53,730 nt of DNA from Arcobacteraceae bacterium (GCA_048268245.1 JBLWVX010000016.1:1-53730); one strand, 5' to 3'. Positions 1-8,337 are shown, counted from the stretch's first letter. Notes: generated by a model not told the origin, from the sequence alone. Translations and numbers: made by a program.

Positions 1-272
1 TTCAGTGAGATTATGGAAAAATATACTAAGTGATTAAAAAGTAACTGGTGGGTTTACACAGTTTAATTTACAGGGTCGGAAATTACAATGGACATTTCAA
101 TTTTATATACAATGCTTGGTGCAGTTATTAGTTTTGGAGCTATTTCACTTTGTTCAATCTATTATATGGGCTTAAAGAAAAGATTGTAAATTAATATTTT
201 AAAATATAGTAGGTATTGTAGTTAACTTTTTTAAGTTTCCTACAGTGAAGTTTCAAATAATTATTTAATTTT

Positions 273-2249
273 CTAATCCATAGGTAAACTAATATAAAAC
301 TTAGCCCCATTATCTGTATTCTTCACATAAATATCACCATTTAAACTTTTTGTGACTATATTGTAACTCATATACAATCCTAATCCAGTACCTAATGACT
401 CATGCTTAGTTGTAAAATAAGGTTCAAAAATATTTTCTCTAATACCAATAGGTATTCCACCTGCATTATCTTCTATTGTTATTATAATATTTTGTTCTTT
501 TAGAAATAAATCTATTTTTATATATGGAGATTCAATTTGTCTATCTATTAAAGCATCTTTTGCATTGGTAATAATATTTATAATAACTTGAGAAAGTTCT
601 CCTAGTATAATATTTTTATATATTGGTTTATCATAATTAATTTTCTTTACTAATTCTATGTTATTATCTTTTAATGTATTACTTACTATATCCAAAGCCA
701 TATCTATTCTATTTTGAATAATTACTTCTTTTTGTTCTTTCTGTTCTTTTAAAAAATTTCTAAAGGTATTAATCGTTTCTGATAAATAGTTTACATTTTT
801 TACTATAGAATCACAATATACAGGGATATCATTCTCTTCAATAGATTTTAATTCATTTTTCAACTTTAAACCACTAGCAGAAATACTAATAGTTGAAAGA
901 GGCTGTCTCCATTGATGGGCAATATGCCCAATCATTTCACCTAAAGAAGCCATTTTTGACTGATGTATTAGTTTCATTTGTTGTTCTTCTAATATTTTTT
1001 TTGCGGTGATATCTTGCTTTATAGAAAAATACCCTACTTTTTTACCATCTTTATCATATTCTGGTTCAATATTCAATGCAACCCAAAAAACCTTTCCATC
1101 TTTTCTTAAGTTTTTTAATTCACCATTCCATGATTTATTTGACTCCAATAGTTTCCACATATTTTCATAAACTGATTTACTAACTTTAGGATGCCTAACT
1201 ATACTATGAGGCTGTCCTATTAATTCTTCTTTTTTATAGCCAGAAACTTCACAAAATGCTTCACTGACTTCTTTTATTCTACCAGTTAAATCTGTTTTTG
1301 AATATACTATATACTTACTAATTAAATTAACATCTTTTTGTATATATTCTGTTTGTTCTTTAACTTTTATCTCTAATTGTTTATTTATATCTTCAAGCTC
1401 TTTTGGCTTATTTAAAAGTCTGTAAATGAAAAAACCAACCAACAGAGATAAAACAAAATTTAAAATATATAAAGTATTCATAAAAATATTTGAGATATAT
1501 GACCCTGTATATTCAATTTCAAGATACCATTTTGTATTAGGTAAATTTATTTCTTCTGTAAATACTTTTTGAGTGGTAAAGTTTTTTGTTCCAGCAAAGA
1601 TATCTATTTTTTTAGTATCAGGGTGAATTCTTTTTAATCGATAGTTATAGTTTTTATCTTTTAATTTTTCTAAATTTGTTGTTTGTATTAAGTCTTTTAA
1701 ATAAATCAAAGTAGAAGAAAATCCCCAAAATACATCATAATTATTCTTCTTTAAATAAATAGGGTTTCTAGCTATTATTGCAACTCCGCCCTGAATCAAA
1801 GTAAACGGTCCTGCAATTGTAAGTTCTTTTGATTTCTTTGCTATAAAAGCCTCTTTTTTTCTACTATCTGATTTAAATATATCATGTCCCAACGCTTTTT
1901 CATGACCATCTAATGGATATATTCTACTTACTATTCCATTTGGAGCTAATTGTAAGTTTGTTATACCTTGAAGTGAACTAAACAGCACATGAGAAAATTT
2001 TTCAAAGTATTGCATACTTCCATTTACACTCTCTATATGTTTTCCAAGAATTTTTGCACTTGCAGTACTTTTCTTAATACTTCTTTCTAGGACTAATGAT
2101 TGAGAACTAAGAATCTGTTTAGATAGCTTATCAATATTGCTTTCCATTGAATAACTATTATTTTTGAGTAAATAAATACCTGTAATCATTAAAGTAATTG
2201 TAATTAAAGTAGATACTAATAACTCTATTCTAAACATTTTATACCTCAT
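273..2249 (-). CDS. CHASE-PAS sensor histidine kinase (no cognate regulator adjacent in window)
   Basis: N-terminal TM, CHASE-like segment (LQLAPNGIVSRIYP...AGPFTLIQGG...FWGF), second TM, PAS (SKTDLTGRI...FCEVSGY...HP), H-box IAHQWRQPL, HATPase boxes (NAKDA, DNAGGI, GTGLGL). Confidence 0.88.
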   Translation of the reverse strand: MRYKMFRIELLVSTLITITLMITGIYLLKNNSYSMESNIDKLSKQILSSQSLVLERSIKKSTASAKILGKHIESVNGSMQYFEKFSHVLFSSLQGITNLQLAPNGIVSRIYPLDGHEKALGHDIFKSDSRKKEAFIAKKSKELTIAGPFTLIQGGVAIIARNPIYLKKNNYDVFWGFSSTLIYLKDLIQTTNLEKLKDKNYNYRLKRIHPDTKKIDIFAGTKNFTTQKVFTEEINLPNTKWYLEIEYTGSYISNIFMNTLYILNFVLSLLVGFFIYRLLNKPKELEDINKQLEIKVKEQTEYIQKDVNLISKYIVYSKTDLTGRIKEVSEAFCEVSGYKKEELIGQPHSIVRHPKVSKSVYENMWKLLESNKSWNGELKNLRKDGKVFWVALNIEPEYDKDGKKVGYFSIKQDITAKKILEEQQMKLIHQSKMASLGEMIGHIAHQWRQPLSTISISASGLKLKNELKSIEENDIPVYCDSIVKNVNYLSETINTFRNFLKEQKEQKEVIIQNRIDMALDIVSNTLKDNNIELVKKINYDKPIYKNIILGELSQVIINIITNAKDALIDRQIESPYIKIDLFLKEQNIIITIEDNAGGIPIGIRENIFEPYFTTKHESLGTGLGLYMSYNIVTKSLNGDIYVKNTDNGAKFYISLPMD

Positions 2250-2402
2250 TTAATAAAATTACTTTTTTATATAGTACACAAAATAATATAAATTTTACAT
2301 TTTATTTTTTCATTATAAATGAAGTATATTTAACTATATAGTAAGTGAATTAATAAAGTCTTAGTTAATGTTGGATTGGATTATTGTTTAAATTTTATAA
2401 GA

Positions 2403-2433
2403 GGATTGTTTGAAAATAAATGGAGGAGCTAGT
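2403..2433. repeat. att core, tRNA-distal copy (GGATTGTTTGAAAATAAATGGAGGAGCTAGT)
   Basis: 31-bp exact match to 7906-7936; contains the reverse complement of the last 13 nt of tRNA-Cys (ACTAGCTCCTCCA) plus 18 nt of downstream flank. Confidence 0.95.
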
Positions 2434-2810
2434 TTTCCTCTATAAACAACAAACAAAGTCCTATTTTAAGGGGTTTATAAATTTTAACTTCTTAAATATT
2501 CCTTAAATTTAAACAAGTGAAAAGATAGAAACTATTTTTATTTTTGTAAATAATTAGTTCTTTTTCTGTCTAAATCATATACTGTATTTACTTAAAATTT
2601 CATAATATTTTATATTTATCATTCCTACTCTTGAAATACATTAAAAAATTTCTTATATTTTAAATATGAAAGGTTTGTAGTTAAATAAACACAACTAAAA
2701 AAAAGAAAAATACTTAATTTCTGTAAGAGAATATAACTTAATAAATAGAACCTAACTTGAAGACTTACAGTTAATTACCTCCTTTCAATTTTCATACTAA
2801 AAAATGGAGA

Positions 2811-3929
2811 TTGAAATTGTTAATATCATTTTCTAAATCATTACAAAACTCTAAACTTGAAAAAGAGTATAAAGAAATAAAAAAAGATTGTATTTTACAT
2901 AGTTTTAAAAAAGAGAAATCTGTAAATAACTTCACTAAAAAGTTAAATGTATTAAATAAAAAAACTGGTGAATATACTAATTTAGATAATTCATATATGA
3001 ATGGAATAAATAAAAGAAGTCATAATAATTTACAAAAAACATTAACTATTGAAAAAATAGCACTTGAAAAAGGATTAGTTCCTATTTATATAACTTTGAC
3101 TTTACCATCAAAATTTCATCCATTTTCAAGTAAAACTTTAAAAAATAGAATTGTGTTTTTTAGAAATAAAAACTTTGAATATGAAACTATTAAACAATCA
3201 ATAAAAGATGGATATACACTTTTGAATAAGATACATAGACACTACTATAAAAGATTAAAAAAGTTAGATAGTGAATTGTATTATATTAATTCAACTGAAT
3301 ATCATAAAAGTTTTATTCCTCATACTCATTTATTAATATTTGTAAAACCTGAACTTGTTGAAGAAGTTGAAAATATATTTAAACAACTAAAAAAGTTTTA
3401 TAAACTTTCTAAAACAGATTTTCAAATAATAGATAATGAATTTAATGTTGAAATTGTTTCTTCTTATATTAGAAAATATATGTTTAAAAATTTAATTTTA
3501 AATGATGATGATACAAAAACAAAATCTAATAAACTAACAAGAAATAGGATTTATTTAGGTTATTGTTCTATCTTTAAAATAAGACAATTTAAAATGAATA
3601 ATCTAAAACTTTCTCTTGATATATACAGTAAAGTTTATTACTCATTAAATAAAGATTTTAAAGAAAAAATCATTGAAGAAATCACACCATTAAAAAAATG
3701 TTTGTTTCAATTTATTATGGAAAATATAAAAGTTAAAAAAAGAGTTTTTAATGCTGATACTAACAAAAATGTATTTACTCAATTTTCATTAAGTCAGTCA
3801 AAAAAGATATTTGAAGTATTTGTAGAAACTGTTAAAAGTTCAAACACTTCAAAAGTTGTCAATTTTCTAATTTATCAAAATGGAAAATTAATATATAACA
3901 AAAAAGACTTTGAAGTCTTACAAATTTAA
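2811..3929 (+). CDS. HUH rolling-circle replication initiator, P2 gpA (Phage_GPA)-like
   Basis: Motif I YITLTLPSKFHP, motif II EYHKSFIPHTHLLI (HUH), motif III SYIRKY (two Tyr), and downstream IRQFK resembling the IRQFQ motif of P2 A-like proteins. Start uncertain: TTG 2811 or TTG 2817 (better spaced from GGAG). Confidence 0.85.
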   Translation: MKLLISFSKSLQNSKLEKEYKEIKKDCILHSFKKEKSVNNFTKKLNVLNKKTGEYTNLDNSYMNGINKRSHNNLQKTLTIEKIALEKGLVPIYITLTLPSKFHPFSSKTLKNRIVFFRNKNFEYETIKQSIKDGYTLLNKIHRHYYKRLKKLDSELYYINSTEYHKSFIPHTHLLIFVKPELVEEVENIFKQLKKFYKLSKTDFQIIDNEFNVEIVSSYIRKYMFKNLILNDDDTKTKSNKLTRNRIYLGYCSIFKIRQFKMNNLKLSLDIYSKVYYSLNKDFKEKIIEEITPLKKCLFQFIMENIKVKKRVFNADTNKNVFTQFSLSQSKKIFEVFVETVKSSNTSKVVNFLIYQNGKLIYNKKDFEVLQI

Positions 3930-3943
3930 AGGTAAAAAAACAG

Positions 3944-4207
3944 ATGTATTCACAAATTAAAATAGTTGGAAGCGTGCTAAAAGTATTAAAAAAAGAATTT
4001 GAAGGAAAAGAAAGTTATCAAATTCAAATGATGTTAAATTCTCCTAAAAAGGGATTTGAAGTTGTAAGTATAAAAATTGAAAAAGATTTTTATACTTCAG
4101 ATATTAAAGAGTCAATGAATGTTGAAATCCCTATTTCAATATCAACTTATCAAGGTAATCTATTCTTTACTTGTATTGATAAAATTAAAATCATCAATAA
4201 AGGATAA
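3944..4207 (+). CDS. Small beta-rich protein, probable OB-fold ssDNA-binding protein
   Basis: 87 aa, alternating beta-strand pattern with exposed aromatics, AAAGGT RBS, directly after an RCR initiator, where such elements typically encode an SSB. Function inferred. Confidence 0.55.
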   Translation: MYSQIKIVGSVLKVLKKEFEGKESYQIQMMLNSPKKGFEVVSIKIEKDFYTSDIKESMNVEIPISISTYQGNLFFTCIDKIKIINKG

Positions 4208-4210
4208 GAT

Positions 4211-5473
4211 TTGTATTTATTAATAGAATTTCTAAAAAGTTTTCTTTTTAGAAGTTTTATAATTGTTGGTTCTTTTTTATTAGTAGATATTTATTATAAA
4301 AATATAGAGGATAATATTTTATTATTTTTACTTGCTATATTGTTTGTTGAAAGAGTTATATATTTTATAAAGTATTTTAGATATATCAATTTACCATATT
4401 CATTAAGTTTATCTCAATCAGCAAAAGATGATTTAAAATTTAGAAGTTTCTTTGTTGATAAGTTTGTATCAAAAAAACAAAATAGGTTTAAAAGTTTAAT
4501 TGAAAAAGTTGTTTGTAAAGATTTAAATTCATTTCAATTAGAGTATAAAAACTATATATCAATGGAAACAGATAATTATAGAAATAAATTAAATCAAATA
4601 GTTCATTATTTAGGATTGATAAAAGAGAACTATGAAGTTAAAGTTTATGAATATAAAAACAAAAAAGTATTATTGAATTTTTATAAATTACCTGAATTTT
4701 ATGATATTTCATTTGAGTTATTAAAAAAAGATTTTTTCTTTTTAGGGATATATGAAAAAGGTTTATATTATAAAGATATAAATACATTAGACCATTTACT
4801 TTGTATTGGAAAGTCAGGTTCAGGAAAATCTAACTTTTTACAACTAATCATTTTATTCAATTTTAGTAAGTTTAAAAAACTTTATATGATTGATTTAAAA
4901 GGTGGGGTTGAATTAAAATCCTATGAGAATATAGATAAGGAAAAAATTGAATTTATTAGCTCAGTAGAGGAATTGAATAATATATTAGATTTAGTTTTAG
5001 AAGATTTAAAATCTACTCAAAAAGAGATGATTGAAAAAAAGGTTAGAAAACTAACTGATTATAGAATAATTTTATTTGATGAATTTGGAGCCATTTCAAG
5101 TTATCCTGATAAAAAGTTAAGGGACCAGGTATTTAATAAGTTATCTTTAATATCAATGCAGGGAAGAAGTTCAGGGATATTATTGTTTTTATTTGGTCAA
5201 AAGATTGATACTACAATTTTACCCAGTGGAATTACAAACAATTTACAAAGTAGGATATTAGGAAAAACTTCAAATGATTACAATATTAATATTATTGATT
5301 TAAAAGAAAATATTAGGGAAAGAATTACAAGGGTTGAAGTTCAAGATTTTAAAAAAGGAAGATTTATTTTTAAAGATGGATTAACAAGTGAGAAAAATTT
5401 AATTCAAGTTCCATACGTGCCTGATGATTTTTTACACTCATTTTTAAAATCAGAGATTTATTGTTTTTTATAA
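4211..5473 (+). CDS. Membrane-anchored FtsK/SpoIIIE-family ATPase (TcpA/TraB-like DNA translocase or coupling protein)
   Basis: Two N-terminal TM helices; Walker A GKSGSGKS; IDLKGGVEL; Walker B IILFDEF; QGRSSGI...Q (GR motif plus conserved Gln). TTG start with AGGA RBS. Confidence 0.88.
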   Translation: MYLLIEFLKSFLFRSFIIVGSFLLVDIYYKNIEDNILLFLLAILFVERVIYFIKYFRYINLPYSLSLSQSAKDDLKFRSFFVDKFVSKKQNRFKSLIEKVVCKDLNSFQLEYKNYISMETDNYRNKLNQIVHYLGLIKENYEVKVYEYKNKKVLLNFYKLPEFYDISFELLKKDFFFLGIYEKGLYYKDINTLDHLLCIGKSGSGKSNFLQLIILFNFSKFKKLYMIDLKGGVELKSYENIDKEKIEFISSVEELNNILDLVLEDLKSTQKEMIEKKVRKLTDYRIILFDEFGAISSYPDKKLRDQVFNKLSLISMQGRSSGILLFLFGQKIDTTILPSGITNNLQSRILGKTSNDYNINIIDLKENIRERITRVEVQDFKKGRFIFKDGLTSEKNLIQVPYVPDDFLHSFLKSEIYCFL

Positions 5474-5484
5474 ATTAATGAGTG

Positions 5485-5916
5485 TTAGAATTTATCTAAC
5501 AACTCATTTCTTTTTTTATCATATTCATCTTTTGTTATAAGTTTAGACTTATATAATTTATTTAATTCTTCTATTTTTTTAGATAAATTATCACTATCAA
5601 GTACTATAATTTTTTGTTCAGTTGGTATAAGATTATTATTACACTCAAATCTAACTATCCATTTAGGCCAAATTGCAAATCCTGCTGGAATAAAGTCTTT
5701 ACTGATTGGATGATAATTTTTATTCATACTTTTACACTTTTTTTTAGCTTCCTCAACAGCTTTTAAATAAATTGCTTGTGGCTGAGAAAAACCTGTATTT
5801 CCTTCAACTTCAATTTCATATTGATTAGCATAACCAGTAGAAGTTAAAGACTTCACTTTTTGACCACAACCAGTGATAAATATTAAAATTAATACCATTA
5901 GTAATTTTATTTTCAC
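5485..5916 (-). CDS. Lipoprotein with C-terminal SHOCT-like domain
   Basis: Signal peptide with lipobox ITGC; two further Cys; C-terminus IEELNKLYKSKLITKDEYDKKRNELL fits the SHOCT pattern. Confidence 0.75.
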   Translation of the reverse strand: MKIKLLMVLILIFITGCGQKVKSLTSTGYANQYEIEVEGNTGFSQPQAIYLKAVEEAKKKCKSMNKNYHPISKDFIPAGFAIWPKWIVRFECNNNLIPTEQKIIVLDSDNLSKKIEELNKLYKSKLITKDEYDKKRNELLDKF

Positions 5917-5981
5917 AAGAATACCTTTATAATTTATTAAATTAGTCTAACACAATTAAAATTACTTTTTTATTAATATGA

Positions 5982-6010
5982 ATGAAATATAATCTTTGAT
6001 TATATTTCAT
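5982..6010. repeat. Perfect 13-bp inverted repeat downstream of the integrase
   Basis: ATGAAATATAATC-TTT-GATTATATTTCAT; role (terminator, operator or origin hairpin) unknown. Confidence 0.7.
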
Positions 6011-6049
6011 ACTTGTCTTACTTAATAAAAAGTGTCATATTATTTTATA

Positions 6050-7783
6050 CTAATAAATTTTTAAATCTAAAATTCTATTTGATACAACTTTTAAATTATC
6101 CATAATATCTTCAATATATAACTTTTCAATCTCTTTTTGTAATCTCATTAATTCACAAGTTATATATCTCTTATAAGACATTGTATTTTGTTTATGACCT
6201 GATAATCCATTAATTAATGCTTCTTCAACTTCTCCCATATGTAATCTTGTTATAAATGTAGTTCTTAAACTATGAAAATCAATTTTATTTAGTTCTAAAT
6301 CTTCCTCTGTTAAAAACTGTGTTTTTAATCTATTAAATACTTTACTTACAGATGCACCATAACCATTTGACATATGTTTTTTATCCTCTAAATCAGGGAA
6401 CAATAAAGAATTATTAGATAACTTATTAACATAATCTAAAATCTTTAATTCATTGATTAAAAATGAATGAATAGGAACTTTTCTATTTCCTTTTTTACTT
6501 TTAATATTTCTTGAATTATTATCTCTAATACTAAAATAAAATATCCCATTTTCATCTTTAACATCTTCTTTTCTTAAACCACATAATTCATTTAGTCTTG
6601 TTCCAGTAAATAAAGTAATTAAAGGAACTAAAAATATACTTGGTTGATTATGATAAATATCTCTAATTTTAAATATATCACACTCTAAAAACATTCTATT
6701 TAATTGATATGAGGTTATTATAGTTCTCTCTTTTTCTTCAAGAGAGAATTGTCTAATAGTATTATTTCCATACTCTTCTAAATCACTCAAATAATTTGTT
6801 TTTATATACTTCTTTGTAAGACAATAATTAAAGAAAGTTCTTGCTCTACCTACCTTTTCTTCAAGTGTAGAACAAGTTTGAGGAACGTACTTTCCTGATT
6901 TTTTACTTTCCTCAATAATTTTCCTACACTCTAATGGATATTTATTAAAAAAAGATTTGGCTTTTATACCATTTGGAGCTTCTACAATTTGATAAAAAAT
7001 CTCATCAAAATCTTCTTCTGTATAATCCTCAAAATATACTTTATCATTTACATTTTCAATAATGTTTAAAACACTTTCATATTTACTTTTATAATTTTTT
7101 TTATTTCTTTGTTTATTTTTATAATGTTCTTTTCTATTATTTAAAATTTCAACTTTTGTTTTAGTTGTTAAAAGTTTTGGTTCTTCTTCAATTGGAATAT
7201 ATTGAATATTAGATGTTTGATAATCAGAAGAAAATCTCATTCTTGTTCTATTTAAATCCTTTCTTATTATCTCACCCTCTTTTTTAATTAGTTTAGTCAT
7301 AAACTTATAAATATCAGGTTTTGAAGTAAGTGTTTTAAAATAGTCTTGAAGTTCAGGAGTTGTTCTTTTTAATAGTTTTCTGCCTTTATCAATAATCTTA
7401 TCTTGTTGAGTATCAAAAACTAAATCTTGAAATATTTTTAGGTTCTCTTCAATAGTATCAGGATGTCCTCCATCTTTTCCTTTACTTGATAAATCTTTAT
7501 GTCTTTTCTGTTCTAATATATCATCTTCAATTAATGCTAACTTTTGGTAATTATCTAATAATTCATTTACCTTGTGTAAATCTATCAAACTTATGCTCCT
7601 AAAAATATATTCTGTATTCTTTAAAAAACTACTTACAATTTTTTTACCTATTTTACAATTTTTAGTCTTCAATGAAAATTTATATATTCTATTTGTTTGT
7701 CTTATTCTTCTTACAAAATAATAGTATCCATATTCATTTTTTGACATATATTTTGGTAGTTGTTTTTTCTTAATTGTTTCCAT
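6050..7783 (-). CDS. Tyrosine recombinase / site-specific integrase
   Basis: Catalytic set R (TGTRLNEL), K (IKSKKG), HxxR (FHSLR), H (SGH), Y (SYKRY); N-terminal arm-binding-like segment (YYYFVRRI...FSLKTKN). Confidence 0.93.
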   Translation of the reverse strand: METIKKKQLPKYMSKNEYGYYYFVRRIRQTNRIYKFSLKTKNCKIGKKIVSSFLKNTEYIFRSISLIDLHKVNELLDNYQKLALIEDDILEQKRHKDLSSKGKDGGHPDTIEENLKIFQDLVFDTQQDKIIDKGRKLLKRTTPELQDYFKTLTSKPDIYKFMTKLIKKEGEIIRKDLNRTRMRFSSDYQTSNIQYIPIEEEPKLLTTKTKVEILNNRKEHYKNKQRNKKNYKSKYESVLNIIENVNDKVYFEDYTEEDFDEIFYQIVEAPNGIKAKSFFNKYPLECRKIIEESKKSGKYVPQTCSTLEEKVGRARTFFNYCLTKKYIKTNYLSDLEEYGNNTIRQFSLEEKERTIITSYQLNRMFLECDIFKIRDIYHNQPSIFLVPLITLFTGTRLNELCGLRKEDVKDENGIFYFSIRDNNSRNIKSKKGNRKVPIHSFLINELKILDYVNKLSNNSLLFPDLEDKKHMSNGYGASVSKVFNRLKTQFLTEEDLELNKIDFHSLRTTFITRLHMGEVEEALINGLSGHKQNTMSYKRYITCELMRLQKEIEKLYIEDIMDNLKVVSNRILDLKIY

Positions 7784-7905
7784 TTTGTTCCCAGTTTGTT
7801 ATCAAATGAAAAGAACTAATTGTTTTTTAGTTGAGAAATAGTCTATTTTTTAGTTAAATGTTAATATTTTAAGTTTTTTGATTATTTAAGAATACCATAA
7901 AAAGG

Positions 7906-7936
7906 GGATTGTTTGAAAATAAATGGAGGAGCTAGT
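7906..7936. repeat. att core, tRNA-proximal copy
   Basis: Exact copy of 2403-2433, overlapping tRNA-Cys at 7924-7936. Confidence 0.95.
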
Positions 7937-7999
7937 CGGACTCGAACCAACGCATACCGGATTTGCAATCCGGGGCATTACCAGCTTTGCTATAGCTCC
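7924..7999 (-). tRNA. tRNA-Cys(GCA)
   Basis: Acceptor GGAGCTA/TAGCTCC, anticodon arm CCGGA-TTGCAAA-TCCGG, GGTTCGAGTCC T-arm, U discriminator, encoded CCA. Confidence 0.97.
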
Positions 8000-8060
8000 A
8001 ATGTTAGAAAATCATTAACAATGATTAAAGTTAGATGATTTTGCTTGATTAAAAAAGAAG

Positions 8061-8149
8061 TGGCAGAGAGTGGGGGATTCGAACCCCCGGTGCCGTTAAG
8101 CACGCCGGTTTTCAAAACCGGTACTTTCGACCAACTCAGTCAACTCTCT
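8061..8149 (-). tRNA. tRNA-Ser(TGA)
   Basis: Acceptor AGAGAGT/ACTCTCT, anticodon arm CCGGT-TTTGAAA-ACCGG, long variable arm, GGTTCGAATCC, G discriminator, CCA. Confidence 0.96.
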
Positions 8150-8164
8150 ACAATTCTAAAAAAG

Positions 8165-8251
8165 TGGTGCGAATGGTGAGAATCGAACTCACACTCCGAA
8201 ACCGGAATGGGATTTTAAGTCCCACGCGTCTACCTATTCCGCCACACTCGC
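8165..8251 (-). tRNA. tRNA-Leu(TAA)
   Basis: Acceptor GCGAGTG/CATTCGC, anticodon arm TGGGA-CTTAAAA-TCCCA, long variable arm, A discriminator, CCA. Confidence 0.96.
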
Positions 8252-8308
8252 ACTTTTAAATTTAAGTTTTATCGGTTTTTGAAGCCGTTCTTCTTAAATT
8301 GGACTGGA

Positions 8309-8337
8309 ATTATAATAGATTTTTTTTTCTTTGTCAA
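8309..8337 (-). promoter_or_regulatory. Sigma70 promoter of the Leu-Ser-Cys tRNA operon
   Basis: Minus strand TTGACA (8337-8332), 17-nt spacer, TATAAT (8314-8309), then a relatively GC-rich discriminator TCCAGTCC. Confidence 0.88.

Larger units (their letters stand above)
2403..7936. mobile_element. Integrative element (~5.5 kb) inserted at the 3' end of tRNA-Cys: RCR Rep, SSB-like protein, FtsK/TcpA-like ATPase, lipoprotein, tyrosine integrase
   Basis: Identical 31-bp direct repeats at both ends, one overlapping the tRNA-Cys 3' end; integrase adjacent to the tRNA; replication and transfer genes inside; visibly more AT-rich than ilvD or dnaK. Confidence 0.92.

Noticed and set aside
1..33. 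Possible 3' end of a gene entering the window
   Set aside because: Ten codons only; no identifiable motif.
2721..2770. CTGTAAG/CTTACAG inverted repeat enclosing AACTTGA (phiX174/pC194-like nick motif) as the replication origin
   Set aside because: Only 7-bp arms and a partial nick match in very AT-rich DNA; cannot be told from chance without a nicking assay.
2770..2836. Minus-strand GAAAGGAGGT and micro-ORFs (MKIERR on -, MEIEIVNIIF on +) around the rep start, as a toxin or leader peptide
   Set aside because: No start codon at usable spacing after the SD-like sequence; ORFs too short to support.
2403..7936. Element as a filamentous (inovirus) prophage
   Set aside because: Rep, SSB and ATPase fit superficially, but there is no small single-TM coat gene or pIII/pVI-like gene, and the ATPase motifs are FtsK/SpoIIIE-like rather than Zot-like.
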